Positions 1 through 13,056 of a stretch of 64,000 nt of DNA are shown piece after piece. Each line of letters begins with the position of its first letter. The stretch's first letter is position 1. The position numbers and the translations under genes were made by a program. The notes beneath the pieces were generated by a model that worked only from the letters and a program-made list of their open reading frames with translations, made no database searches and was not told the origin of the DNA. The DNA lies in contig NC_043023.1 in the NCBI RefSeq assembly GCF_006345805.1, forward strand, positions 10,788,001-10,852,000, read 5' to 3'. Source of the DNA: Octopus sinensis. Its lineage: Eukaryota.

Positions 1-1246
1 TTTGCTGGATCTCTATTTTATTGATTCTGAAGCAGTGAAAGGTAAAATTGAGATCGGCGGAATTTGAGCTCAGAACATAAAAGACCAGAAGAAATACTGC
101 ATGGCCTAAATAATTGCTATTAATTTTAGTACGATGCTATAATTTCGTTTCGGTACTTAAAGCAAACCAATGCATGTTTTATACATTCCCCATTACAGGT
201 TATCGACAAGGGAACCTGTTTTCATGGATGTTTGTGGGGACAGATATTCTCTTGTTTGAAATTATTGACTTTTCTTGGTGAATTTCTACTTGTGTATCAA
301 AACTGATGAAGAAAGGACTATATGGAAGATAACGAGTGAGAGTAAATCGTGAGTGAAGTAATAATTCCATCTTATTTTTATATTTAAGTTCGTTTTCTCT
401 TTGTAGAAACCTGTTATAATCGGAGATCTTAAGATATTCAAGATTTGTTTTCATTTTACCGATCATAAATACTATTCTAAACCTGCTGAAATTATGAAAT
501 TAATTGATCACATCTTCAAACAATAACTCTCCCTTTTGTTGCAGTAAGTAACAATATCGTTAAAGCTATATATAGAGAGAGATAATAACAAAGGGTAAAA
601 TTAATTAATTAAGAAGTAATCAGTAATTTCACCAAGTAGAATTCGGCATGAAAAAGACCATTTCATGGTAAGCTTAAGTAATATTTTATAATTAGGGTTC
701 AGCAAAGATTTGCTTTACCACATACCGGAGTTTAGAAATAGCAGTCAAAAAAACCTTAGCTATTTCTTCTACTTTAAAAAGGGACTCCCAGAAAACCCAA
801 ATACTTGAAAACAATCTACGCAGGCAGAGAGGAAAAATAACGAAAATCAATCTATATCTGGTTACCCATGTACGCGCCTTTTCGGAATTAGATCGGTATA
901 AAGAATATAGAATTATACTTTACCCAACCATACAGAGAGTCAGTTAGACAGACCGAGTAGCAACCACCCCGAATTTGTTTCTTTATAACTTACAGGAAAA
1001 TGGATATTTTTTAATGAAATTTTCGACATATACGCTTCAGATAATGTAGATTCTGAATATATCGCAATTTGTTTTGATAAAGATTTTCCGAGGTTAGGGG
1101 GGAAGAGTTTCGGAAATTCACACGGATCGGTTTTGCTCCCTCATAACTCATAGAAAAATCGATATTTTTTAATGAAATTTTCTACAGAATACCGTTCAGA
1201 GTGTATCCATCACAATTTTATCGAAATTTAATACAAAAATAAAAAC

Positions 1247-1790
1247 AGCGATTGGACAAAATAATGGAAACACCTTAAAATTTCAAACAAATTATTTTAA
1301 TATGGAGTAATACCGCCTCTGACAGTAATTACAGCTTGAATTCTACGAGCTATAGACTCGTACATAGTTTGAATTGTTTCCAAAGGAATTTTTATCCTTT
1401 CTTCAGCTAAAACAGTCTCCAGTTCTTGTAGTGATTATGGTGGAGGATATCGACTCCTTACTAGTTTTTCTAAAATGTACCATAAATGTTGACTGGTGGC
1501 CAGATAAGATGTTCAACTTCACTAGAATCTTCTTCATGCCATTCAGTTACGACTTTAGCTGTGTAAATTGGTGCATTATCAGGCTGAAAGATTGTGTTTC
1601 CCTCCGGATTAGTTATGGTTCAGTTCAGCCCATTATCACAGAAGATTCGGGTATGAGATGCATGTCCATCACAATTTTATCAGAATTTAATACAAAAATA
1701 AATACATGGGTTGGACAAAATAATGGAAACACCTTAAAATTTCAAACAAATTATTTTAATATGGAGTATTTATTGATTCCAAATCATTGA
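1247..1790 (-). mobile_element. Tc1-family transposase C-terminal remnant with duplicated right end
   Basis: Minus strand of ~1620-1308 reads IFQPDNAPIYTAKVVTEW...WYILEK...IQTMYESIARRIQAVITVRGGITPY*, the Tc1 C-terminal pattern. A ~105-bp block (1202-1310) is repeated at 1663-1770. Confidence 0.75.
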
Positions 1791-2044
1791 AAATTATTTT
1801 GATTAGAATTCATTTGGATAGAAACATATATGTCAAGCTTCTCTGAGTTTCCATCTACCACATCCTCTCCCAAGGCTTTGATTGGCCACTCTAGGACTGA
1901 ACCCAGGACCATGTTGTTAGAAAGCCAACTTCTTACCACACAACCATCCCTGCACCTCTATGGTCATGTTTTTATAAAAATTAGTAAAACTCTCACTGTT
2001 TTAATCTCTCTAATTCCTAATTATCTTGTATGTATTACACTCTT

Positions 2045-2652
2045 GTTTCTCTTTCGTTTCAGATTATCAGATGACATCTGCTTCACAGGATTTTTACATA
2101 AGCAGCGTCATTAGAATGGAAAGTCTTTTGAAGACTGAGCAAAGATGTTATACAAAACACGTATAACCCTGTTTCTATGAATATTTACTGAATTACTGCA
2201 AAATATATCTGCTGAACTGATATATGTAACAAAATTTCTCTTCTTTATTGTCTGGAGTACACAGAAAATTGTATTTGTATTTTGATTAATCATTTGGCAT
2301 TTCAACTGGCCGTATCAGTCCCAAACGTTCAAACTATTTTGTGTTAAAACTGCCCACATCTGGCCTCTTAGTCTCACCCTACAATGTCATTCTAAACATA
2401 AGGAATCACATCATTGAAATCTTAAAGCAATACGATAATGAATGATTAATTTGGAAGAATTTGGAGAGATAACCATTATATGATAGAGTAATCTGAATGT
2501 TAATGAGTTAAAGCAATTAAAAAGGCAGTTTGCAGCATCTTCAGATATTAACAAAGAACACTTTTGATGAAGATATATCAGTAGAAATATTTAAGAGCAA
2601 TATACGAGAAGAAGGAAAACCTTTGTGTACTGTGACAAGAGAAAGGAAAATT
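2045..2652 (+). promoter_or_regulatory. Splice acceptor (tttcag|2063) and long non-coding leader of ZNF gene 1, interrupted by a MITE-like insert (~2300-2516)
   Basis: Polypyrimidine tract plus AG at 2061-2062; homologous to the leaders at 20548, 42293, 61339 and 52552(-). Confidence 0.6.
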
Positions 2653-3768
2653 ATGGAAAAGGAATTATGTAGGAGTGAAGATCAATATGAAAGAGAGTCT
2701 GAAGAAATTGATGTTTCTGATGATGTTGAGAATGAAAAGAGCAAAGCATCATTTGAGTGTGATATCTGTGGTAAATCATTCTCTCAGAAAGCTGACTTAG
2801 TCTTTCACCAACGTGTTCATACAGGAGAGAAGCCATATCATTGCGATATCTGTGGTAAATCGTTCACTCGAAAAGATTACTTGATTAATCACCAACATAT
2901 TCATACAGGAGAGAGGCCGTATCGCTGTGATATCTGTGGTAAACCATTCTCACAAGGTTGTAACTTAACAAGACACAAACAGATTCACACAAAAGGAAAA
3001 TATTTACAGTGTGATGTCTGTGGTAAATCATTTTTTGATACTCATCATTTAACCACTCACAAACGCATTCATACACAAGAAAAACCATATCGCTGTGATA
3101 TCTGTGGTAAATCATTCTATGAAAATAGTTACCTAACTACTCACTTGCGCATTCATACAGGAGAGAAGCCATATCACTGTGATTTCTGCGGGAAATCATT
3201 TTCTTACAGACACACATTAACTATTCACAAAAACATTCATACAGGTGAGAAGCCATATCATTGTGATATCTGTGGTAAATCATTCTCACAAAATTATCAC
3301 TTGACTAGGCACAAACGTACACATACAGGAGAAAAGCCATATCACTGTGATATCTGTGGTAAATCATTTCCTGGAACTAGTGATGTAACTATTCACAAGC
3401 GTGTTCATACAGGAGAGAAGCCATATCCTTGTGATATCTGTGGTGAGTCATTCTCTAGAAGTGGTGTCTTAATTAGTCACAAACGTATTCATACAGGTGA
3501 GAAACCATATCATTGTGACATTTGTGGTAAATCGTTCTCTCAAAATAATCACTTGACTCGTCACAAACGTATTCATACAGGGGAGAAGCCATATCACTGT
3601 GATATCTGTGGTAAATCATTCCCTGAAAATGGTGACTTAACTAGTCACAAACATATTCATACAGGAGAGAAACCTTTTCAGTGTGACATCTGTGATAAAT
3701 CTTTCACTCGAAATTATCTCTTGACTAGGCACAAACACATTCATACAGGACAAGTCATATCACCTTAA
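2653..3768 (+). CDS. C2H2 zinc-finger protein (gene 1), 12 tandem fingers with a short acidic N-terminus
   Basis: ORF 2530-3768 with 12 CxxC...HxxxH units and TGEKPY linkers. ATG 2653 was chosen because its context (gaaaggaaaattATGgaa) matches genes 3 and 5. The stop codon is the TAA of the MITE TTAA. Confidence 0.92.
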   Translation: MEKELCRSEDQYERESEEIDVSDDVENEKSKASFECDICGKSFSQKADLVFHQRVHTGEKPYHCDICGKSFTRKDYLINHQHIHTGERPYRCDICGKPFSQGCNLTRHKQIHTKGKYLQCDVCGKSFFDTHHLTTHKRIHTQEKPYRCDICGKSFYENSYLTTHLRIHTGEKPYHCDFCGKSFSYRHTLTIHKNIHTGEKPYHCDICGKSFSQNYHLTRHKRTHTGEKPYHCDICGKSFPGTSDVTIHKRVHTGEKPYPCDICGESFSRSGVLISHKRIHTGEKPYHCDICGKSFSQNNHLTRHKRIHTGEKPYHCDICGKSFPENGDLTSHKHIHTGEKPFQCDICDKSFTRNYLLTRHKHIHTGQVISP

Positions 3769-4236
3769 CCCTTTCGTTACCAATCCGGCTCTGGCTCTTT
3801 AATATAAATGTCTTGTTTTCATAAGTTTTGCATCAAAATATACCACCAAACCTTAGTCGCAATTTATATTCCTAATACTAGCTTAATGATAACTAAGTTA
3901 TATTTTACTAAATTCTTTGTTATATTTAAAATAATTGAAAGAAACACAGAGCATCTCAACAGAAATATGGTAACAAAAGGCTTAAAAATATATAATAGAG
4001 AAACAATGCTTAACCCTTTTGATACCAACCTGGCTGAAACCACCTCTGGCTCTTAGTACAAATGTCTTGTTTTCATAAGTTTTGCATTAAAATATACCAC
4101 CAAACCTTAATCGCAATTTATGTTCCTAACACTAGCTTAATGATAACTAAGTTATTTTACTAAATTCTATGTTATATTTAAAATAATTGAAAGAAACACA
4201 GAGCATCTCAACAGAATATGGTAAGAAAAGGGTTAA
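3765..4236. mobile_element. piggyBac-like non-autonomous MITE dimer (TTAA-CCCTTT...AAAGGG-TTAA)
   Basis: Two ~225-bp units, each with TTAA|CCC termini and ~18-bp TIRs, joined by an aatatataatagagaaacaat spacer. The family recurs at 5510, 41731, 53795 and 60575. Confidence 0.75.
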
Positions 4237-4385
4237 TACTTGTTGTAAATCATTTTCTTAAAATAGCATTTCAACTAGTCACAAACGTTTTCATACAGGA
4301 GAGAAGCCATATATTGTGACATGTGACGAATCATTTGCTCATAAAAATACCTTAACTATTCATATGAGAGACAAACCACGCCAGT
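4237..4385 (+). pseudogene. Decayed zinc fingers continuing the gene 1 array beyond the MITE
   Basis: aaatcattttct...actagtcacaaacgttttcatacaggagagaagccatatattgtgac...gaatcatttgct...ttaactattcat is finger/linker DNA with indels. Confidence 0.8.
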
Positions 4386-5029
4386 GATCATTCATCATTG
4401 TTTTCACGTCCACGTTTGCCATGCTCTCATGGGTCAGATGGAATTTGTTGAGGTGGATTTTCTCCATCTAGATACACTTCTTGTTTCCAACTTTCATCTG
4501 TTTCAAACTAAGATAATATTTCCCCATGACCAGACATGTTTTTGTGGCAAATTGGATATGGACATTGCTTGTATGGCAGTGACACTCAGTGTCAAGGCAA
4601 GGAGATGGTAATACAGATACACATGCACATTCATAAGCCCCTCACACTTCTATGAAACATCCCCCTCTATCCTCTGTACCACTAATATTCCCCCACCACA
4701 ACTACCTTTTGTGTATGTCCTCATACATCTCCATCACCATCTATTTCTCTCTATATATCTGTCATTCTCTCTTTCGTTTCCTATCTATCTATATATATAT
4801 ATATACATACATACATATATATATATATATAGCGAAAAATATAAAATAAAGGAAAATATACACAAAATGTTTGTTTTTATGAGATTAAGTATTTACATAG
4901 TCAACAGGTTTTGCTTTTGCTAATCATGACAAAGAAATTAGTGAAAATATTACATTTTCATTCATTCACCTACTTAGAAAAGGTTTGAGAGATAAAGAAA
5001 TTGATTATATCACAAATTCTGAATGTAAA

Positions 5030-5509
5030 CCTTGAATTACCTAACATCCACAAGTTAACGAAGCCTGCAAACAATCACCTGACATATACATTAATGTCCA
5101 AGTACCACATGATTGAAAACTTCTAGCTGGACCGGCAAGTGAAACCCACCCCTTAAGCAATTTTCTCAACATCCTACTGAAACACCTTTTGAAATGTAAA
5201 TGCTTCATTACAGATTACCTTGATATGCTAAACCACCTACCAGAAACAATCGATGAAGGGGCAGTCATGGCTTCCTTCAATGTTATAAACCTGGACACTA
5301 ATATCCCATATAAATATGGAATACAAGCAATTAAATTCTGGCTGGAAAACTGTCCAGAAGAACTTCCAGAGTGTGTGAATCAGGAGTTTGTTATGGAAGC
5401 TTTAAAATTTATCCTTCAGAGCAGTTAGTTTTTATTTGGTACCACTTCCTACTGACAAAGATGTGGAATTGTGATGGGAATAAAACCAGCCCCAGTTCTT
5501 GTGAAGCTT
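5030..5509 (+). mobile_element. Penelope-like retroelement reverse transcriptase fragment (degraded)
   Basis: Translates to PNIHK...SFNVINLDTNIP...FILQ...QRCGIVMGIKPAP, matching the PLE RT motifs LPKIHK, S.DV.SLYTNIP and Q..G.AMG...AP. Cut by the MITE at 5510. Confidence 0.7.
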
Positions 5510-6007
5510 TTAACCCTTTTGTTACCAACCTGGCTGAAACCACCTCTGGTTCTGAGTACAAATGTCTTGTTTTCATAAGTTTTGAATTAAAATCTTCCAC
5601 CAAACCTTAGTCACAATTTATGTTCCTAACACTAGCTGAATGATAACTAAGTTATTTTACTAAATTCTTTGTTATATTTAAAACTAATTGAAAGAAACAC
5701 AGAGCATCTCAACAGAAATATGGTAACAAAAGGGTTAAAATATATAATAGAGAAACAATTCTTAGTCACCATGATATTTTTAACCCTTTTCATACCAACC
5801 TGGCTGAAACCACCTCTGGCTCTGTAGTACAAATGTCTTCTTTTCATAAGTTTTGAATTTAAATCTTTCACCAAACCTTAGTCACAATTTATGTTCCTAA
5901 CACTAGCTGAATGATAACTAAGTTATTTTAGTAAATTCTTTGTTATATTTAAAGTTATTGAAAGAAACACAGAGCATCTCAAAATAAATACAGTAATGAA
6001 AGGTTAA
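5510..6007. mobile_element. piggyBac-like MITE dimer
   Basis: TTAA-CCCTTT termini with the same two-unit structure and spacer as 3765-4236. Confidence 0.75.
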
Positions 6008-6570
6008 TTTGATAATTCAGAAGTACAAAAGTTTCTACTACCATTAACAAATGCTTCTCCATGTTACTGAGAAATTTATAGAGGACAAAAAAAAAAAAGA
6101 TTCTTCTAAGCAAACAACTCTAGATTTGTTTTTTTTTTTAAAGAAACTTAAAAGTCCATCTATGAATGAAAGTGATTCAGAAAACAATTATATTTTTTTC
6201 TTATAAATGATCTGCACATTGTTTTTAATTTATATAAAATATTCTTTACATTCTACTGTTGTTTTATTGTCATTTATTTACAAGTATTATCAATTTTATT
6301 GGTAAAATATTTTTCTAGGAATGAATTACAATTTATAACATTGCTTCTATGGGAAATTATTGCTTTGCTTTATGAGTTTTCACTTTAGGAGCAATCTCCA
6401 GGAAGAAATTAACTCGTATATCAAGGCATTATTGTATCTGACATTATTTTGGCACAAGGCCAGCAATTTCAGGGGAAGGAATAAGTTGAATAACCACATG
6501 GATCAGCATGTGTGCTTTTTACATGAACTAGCACAAATGCTTCTTACAGGGAGTGGCATTGCATGATATA

Positions 6571-8040
6571 TCTATATATATAAAGCTGAAGTTGTCTGTG
6601 TGTGTGGCAGGTTTTGTAGCCTTCAACTAACACTATCTCTACCGAGACACTGTGGCGCAAGTTGACCAAAATTGAGAGGATGATAAAAGAAGGCTTGCTC
6701 TTCCTTCCGTAGAAGAAAAAATTCAAATCACACCATGTCAACACCAAAAATTATTTAGATCAGAAAGGTGCTTTTTTTTCTATGAAAATCCCTATTTTTT
6801 ACAATTCTTTGACTGCTGTGTAGTCATTTTTTGGTGTATTTCAACCAGAAAAATGTTCACTTGAGAATAACAGGCTACATAATGCAAAATTTTTACTTTT
6901 CAAAAATTCCAATTCTAAAGGGTCGAAACAAACCAAACCCAAGCAACGCCAGGCGATACTGCTAGTAATCTCTATATATAAAGCTGAAGTTGTCTGTGTA
7001 TGGCAGGTTTGGTAGCCTTCAACTAACACTATCCCCTCTTCTGAGACCCTGGGGCGCAAGTTGACAAAAATTGAGAGTATGATAGAAGAAGGATTGCTCT
7101 TCCTTCCGTAGAAGAAAAAATTCAAATCGGACCATGTTAACACCAAAAATTATTTACATCAAAAAGGTGCTTTTTTTTCTATGAAAATCCCTATTTTTTA
7201 TGATTTTTTTACTGCTTTGTCACCATTTTTCGGTGTATTTCAACCGGAAAGATGTTCATCTCCCTCTATATAAACGGCAGTTTGTCTGTCTGTGTATCTG
7301 TCAGGTTGTACCCTCACCCTGACTACGGCTTTCAACCGATTCTGATGAAACTTGACACACACATAGCCCAATGTCATAATTCAAAACTAACGCAGCAAAA
7401 ATTTTGAAAAGTTCCCCCAGTTCTGAAAAAAATCGATAAATTCGACATGGAGTCGAGAATCTAAGCTTTTTATATGCAACACATTTTCTGTTGTAGTTTT
7501 CGCAACTTGCAATCGATTTTCACCAAACTCACGGTGAAGCTTAATGTTACCGTAAGAAACTTAATTCTGGCGTTAGTTTTCCATGCAATACCTTACCATC
7601 AGAAAAAATCGATAAAATCATGCGATTTTGGGAAATCGCGTTCAAATTCAAGATGACATATTTTCGACAATATCTTTAACAAATTGGCAGGAATTTTTTT
7701 TAAATTCACAGCGAGCATCATGTCTGCTCCAAGGAGCTATATGGCCCTTTTTATTCCAATAGGATACTTTATTACTGGAAAAACTCGGTTAATTAAATCA
7801 TATGTGACACACATAGCAACTCGACTTTTTTAACTCTCTTGGGAGGCGCAATGACGTTTTCATGTTTTCGCCCAAAGGGACAGCTTGGAACATCGTATAC
7901 ACAGAAGTATTCGAGTGAAGAGAAGACATTGCAACCTACACATGCGCCTTCGTTCCCTAGAGGGAAAGGACTAGATTGGGATTAGTCGTTGCCTACTAGG
8001 GGCTCTTACATACCCGGGCAACGCCGGGCTATGCTGCTAG
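6571..8040 (+). mobile_element. Three stacked non-autonomous Helitron-like elements (6571-6965, 6969-7258 partial, 7259-8040)
   Basis: 5' TC starts after A; 3' GC hairpin (cccgggcaacgccggg) followed by CTAG|T at 6965 and 8040. 6571-6850 and 6969-7258 are near-identical. Confidence 0.65.
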
Positions 8041-8486
8041 TAAAGCTATAAAAAAAATCGAAACTTTTTTTTTTTTACTGAATGTACTTGCTTATCTCCC
8101 TTTACTCGTCTAATTAGCTTATCGTTTTTTCCAGTGTAATAAGCAACACATACTTCTGTCCGATCTAATTACTTCTTTTAATTAATGTTGTAATTATTGT
8201 GGTAACAACGTTCCTTCGTATATCCCATGGAATTGTCACCAAGAAAATGAAAGACTCGTAAGCTTAACATAATGAAGTGTGTTTTTTTTAAGACATCCAA
8301 GCTGTTCTATGTGGAGACGTAGAAGTCGTACACGGCTGAAAATATGTGAGTGCTGAAATGGTAAGAAGGGGAGAAATCAGAAGACAAAAAGTTTCAAAGT
8401 CTGAAAAGCAGAAGAACAAATTCTAAAATACTTTAAAAAAAAAAAAAAATAAATAATAATAATTATAATAGTAATAATAATAATAG

Positions 8487-8880
8487 GATCTTTTCCTTTT
8501 GAAGGCCAGATTTCAACACAATTTCTAGTTAACTAAACACTTTAAAACTTCGTTTACTGGTAGGATGTGTCAAAATAAAACATTTTTTTCTCTTGGCTTT
8601 CCTGAGAAAATTGTAATTTGTTTGTTTAACGTAGTTTAATCTTTCGAATTTTAACCAATCCTATGCTCTCTTTTGAGCTAAAATCATTTGCTGCGTCTAA
8701 AACAGACGACATCCTGTCACTAACCCTAACCCTAAATTTTAGCCTTTCGTTTTTTTTTTTTAATTTTAATTGTTAAATTAATTTAAGGAAATTAAATTAA
8801 TTAAGAAAAAAAAAACGAAAGCAATGGAAAATAATTTTAATTTAACAATTAAGAAAAAAAAAACGAAAGGCTAAAACTCA
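8487..8880. mobile_element. Truncated GG-terminal MITE (Merlin-like family)
   Basis: Starts ggatcttttccttttgaa like the complete copies at 45692 and 48306; the right end is absent. Confidence 0.65.
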
Positions 8881-9289
8881 AAACAAAAACAAAACGAATA
8901 ATTTTAGACACACAGAATATTGAAAACAAAAGACACCGCTTGTGTGACAGTGATACTCATTTACAACTATGATGCAAGGAGACACATAAGACAAACAATT
9001 AGGATAATATTGACAAATTCCAATAAAAAGTATACTCTAAATCTTTATTATAGGCATATAGCCTGGACGAAGAGTAGACATAACAAGGACAGACACAACA
9101 CCACAGTGGGGACAATAAACATAAAATGAATGAGGATGAATATTATATAAAAATGGAAAATGAAATGGCTGCATGGGTCCCACTCCTCATGCAGTACCAT
9201 TTGAACGTTTGTACACACTATATTACAATCGGGATATTTCACAATGATAAAGTCATAAAGTCACTTTGCCGATTCACTACATTGTGAAT

Positions 9290-9445
9290 GGCAAAACAAA
9301 AGTCCTGTGCAAAATATTCCCCAATCGCTATTACATACAAAAAGACATCCCACACATATTGCAGTGGAAGGGTTTTGTCATCTGTGGGTATTCTATGAGT
9401 ATGATTAAATCATTGTCAGACACAAAAGTTTCCCCACATTTTTCA
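9290..9445 (-). pseudogene. Decayed zinc fingers distal to the satellite (tail of the gene 2 array)
   Basis: Minus strand reads aaactattccactg..tgtggggaaacttttgtgtctgacaatgattta...aaacccttccactgcaatatgtgtgggatgtcttt, i.e. KLFH..CGETFVSDNDL...KPFHCNMCGMSF with indels. Confidence 0.75.
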
Positions 9446-12400
9446 GTGGAATAGTTTTTTCCTTTAACTGTTTTCTTAATTCACTGTTAAATACAAAGAC
9501 AATCCATTCATGACACACTGGAATAGTTTTTTTCTTTAACTGTTTTCTTAATTCACTGTTAAATACAAAGACAATCCATTCATGACACACTGGAATAGTT
9601 TTTCTCCAATACTTTCCTTTAACTGTTTTCTTAATTCACTGTTGAATACAAAGACAATCCATCCATGTCACAGTGGAATAGTTTTTTCTTTAACTGTTTT
9701 CTTAATTCACTGTTAAATACAAAGACAATCCATTGATGACACACAGGAATAGTTTTTCTCCAGTACTTTCCTTTAACTGTTTTCTTAATTCACTGTTAAG
9801 TACAAAGACAATCCATTCATGACACACTGGAATAGTTTTTCTCCAGTACTTCCTTTAACTGTTTCCTTAATTCACTGTTAAATACAAAGACAATCCATCC
9901 ATGTCACAGTGGAATAGTTTTTTCTTTAACTGTTTTCTTAATTCACTGTTAAATACAAAGACAATCCATTGATGACACACAGGAATAGTTTTTCTCCAGT
10001 ACTTTCCTTTAACTGTTTTCTTAATTCACTGTTAAGTACAAAGACAATCCATTCATGACACACTGGAATAGTTTTTCTCCAATACTTTCCTTTAACTGTT
10101 TTCTTAATTCACTGTTAAATACAAAGACAATCCATTCATGACACACTGGAATAGTTTTTCTCCAGTACTTTCCTTTAACTGTTTCCTTAATTCACTGTTA
10201 AATACAAAGACAATCCATCCATGTCACAGTGGAATAGTTTTTTCTTTAACTGTTTTCTTAATTCACTGTTAAATACAAAGACAATCCATTGATGACACAC
10301 GGGAATAGTTTTTCTCCAGTACTTTCCTTTAACTGTTTTCTTAATTCACTGTTAAATACAAAGACAATCCATCCATGTCACAGTGGAATAGTTTTTTCTT
10401 TAACTGTTTTCTTAATTCACTGTTAAATACAAAGACAATCCATTCATGACACACTGGAATAGTTTTTCTCCAATACTTTCCTTTAACTGTTTTCTTAATT
10501 CACTGTTAAATACAAAGACAATCCATCCATGTCACAGTGGAATAGTTTTTTCTTTAACTGTTTTCTTAATTCACTGTTAAATACAAAGACAATCCATTCA
10601 TGACACACTGGAATAGTTTTTCTCCAGTACTTTCCTTTAACTGTTTCCTTAATTCACTGTTAAATACAAAGACAATCCATCCATGTCACAGTGGAATAGT
10701 TTTTTCTTTAACTGTTTTCTTAATTCACTGTTAAATACAAAGACAATCCATTGATGACACACGGGAATAGTTTTTCTCCAGTACTTTCCTTTAACTGTTT
10801 TCTTAATTCACTGTAAATACAAAGACAATCCATCCATGTCACAGTGGAATAGTTTTTTCTTTAACTGTTTTCTTAATTCACTGTTAAATACAAAGACAAT
10901 CCATTCATGACACACTGGAATAGTTTTTCTCCAGTACTTTCCTTTAACTGTTTCCTTAATTCACTGTTAAATACAAAGACAATCCATCCATGTCACAGTG
11001 GAATAGTTTTTTCTTTAACTGTTTTCTTAATTCACTGTTAAATACAAAGACAATCCATTCATGACACACGGGAATAGTTTTTTCTTTAACTGTTTTCTTA
11101 ATTCACTGTTAAATACAAAGACAATCCATTCATGACACACTGGAATAGTTTTTTCTCCATACTTTCCTTTAACTGTTTTCTTAATTCACTGTTGAATACA
11201 AAGACAATCCATCCATGTCACAGTGGAATAGTTTTTTCTTTAACTGTTTTCTTAATTCACTGTTAAATACAAGACAATCCATTGATGACACACAGGAATA
11301 GTTTTTCTCCAGTACTTTCCTTTAACTGTTTTCTTAATTCACTGTTAAGTACAAAGACAATCCATTCATGACACACTGGAATAGTTTTTCTCCAGTACTT
11401 TCCTTTAACTGTTTCCTTAATTCACTGTTAATACAAAGACAATCCATCCATGTCACAGTGGAATAGTTTTTTCTTTAACTGTTTTCTTAATTCACTGTTA
11501 AATACAAAGACAATCCATTCATGACACACGGGAATAGTTTTTCTCCAGTACTTTCCTTTAACTGTTTTCTTAATTCACTGTAAATACAAAGACAATCCAT
11601 TCATGACACACTGGAATAGTTTTTCTCCAATACTTTCCTTTAACTGTTTTCTTAATTCACTGTTAAATACAAAGACAATCCATTCATGACACACTGGAAT
11701 AGTTTTTCTCCAGTACTTTCCTTTAACTGTTTCCTTAATTCACTGTTAAATACAAAGACAATCCATCCATGTCACAGTGGAATAGTTTTTTCTTTAACTG
11801 TTTTCTTAATTCACTGTTAAATACAAAGACAATCCATTCATGACACACGGGAATAGTTTTTCTCCAGTACTTTCCTTTAACTGTTTCCTTAATTCACTGT
11901 TAAATACAAAGACAATCCATCCATGTCACAGTGGAATAGTTTTTTCTTTAACTGTTTTCTTAATTCACTGTTAATTAAATACAAGACAATCCATTGATGA
12001 CACACGGGAATAGTTTTTCTCCAGTACTTTCCTTTAACTGTTTTCTTAATTCACTGTTAAATACAAAGACAATCCATTGATGACACACGGGAATAGTTTT
12101 TCTCCAATACTTTCCTTTAACTGTTTTCTTAATTCACTGTTAAATACAAAGACAATCCATTGATGACACACGGGAATAGTTTTTCTCCAGTACTTTCCTT
12201 TAACTGTTTTCTTAATTCACTGTTAAATACAAAGACAATCCATTGATGACACACGGGAATAGTTTTTCTCCAGTACTTTCCTTTAACTGTTTCCTTAATT
12301 CACTGTTAAATACAAAGACAATCCATCCATGTCACAGTGGAATAGTTTTTTCTTTAACTGTTTTCTTAATTCACTGTTAAATACAAAGACAATCCATTGA

Positions 12401-13056
12401 TGACACACGGGAATAGTTTTTCTCCAGTACTTTCCTTTAACTGTTTTCTTAATTCACTGTTAAATACAAAGACAATCCATTGATGACACACGGGAATAGT
12501 TTTTCTCCAGTACTTTCCTTTAACTGTTTTCTTAATTCACTGTTAAATACAAAGACAATCCATTGATGACACACGGGAATAGTTTTTCTCCAATACTTTC
12601 CTTTAACTGTTTTCTTAATTCACTGTTAAATACAAAGACAATCCATCCATGTCACAGTGGAATAGTTTTTTCTTTAACTGTTTTCTTAATTCACTGTTAA
12701 ATACAAAGACAATCCATTGATGACACACAGGAATAGTTTTTCTCCAGTACTTTCCTTTAACTGTTTTCTTAATTCACTGTTAAGTACAAAGACAATCCAT
12801 TCATGACACACTGGAATAGTTTTTCTCCAGCACTTTCCTTTAACTGTTTTCTTAATTCACTCTTAAATACAAAGACAATCCATTCATGTCACAGTGGAGT
12901 AGTTTTTTTCTCCAGTACTTTCCTTTAACTGTTTTCTTAATTCACTGTTAAATACAAAGACAATCCATTCATGACACACTGGAATAGTTTTTCTCCAATA
13001 CTTTTCTTTAACTGTTTTCTTAATTCACTGTTAGATACAAAGACACTCCATTCATG
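9443..13056 (-). repeat. Zinc-finger-derived tandem satellite, ~46 units of 83 bp and 71 bp
   Basis: 46 occurrences of the gacaatccat core counted by eye. The minus-strand unit aligns to the last finger of gene 2; the short unit lacks 12 bp of the linker. Confidence 0.92.

Noticed and set aside
200-543. ORF 200-466 (minus) and possible plus-strand UTR exons 199-349 and 406-543
   Set aside because: No recognisable protein. The splice-like signals are plausible for gene 1 but have no homologous support in the window.
2530-2652. TTG-initiated N-terminal extension of gene 1 (likewise 42938 for gene 5)
   Set aside because: The same block is out of frame with a stop in gene 3, and the conserved start context is at the ATG.
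9443-13056. CRISPR array, or a long coding continuation of gene 2
   Set aside because: Units are contiguous with no unique spacers; 83 and 71 bp are not multiples of three and stops recur.
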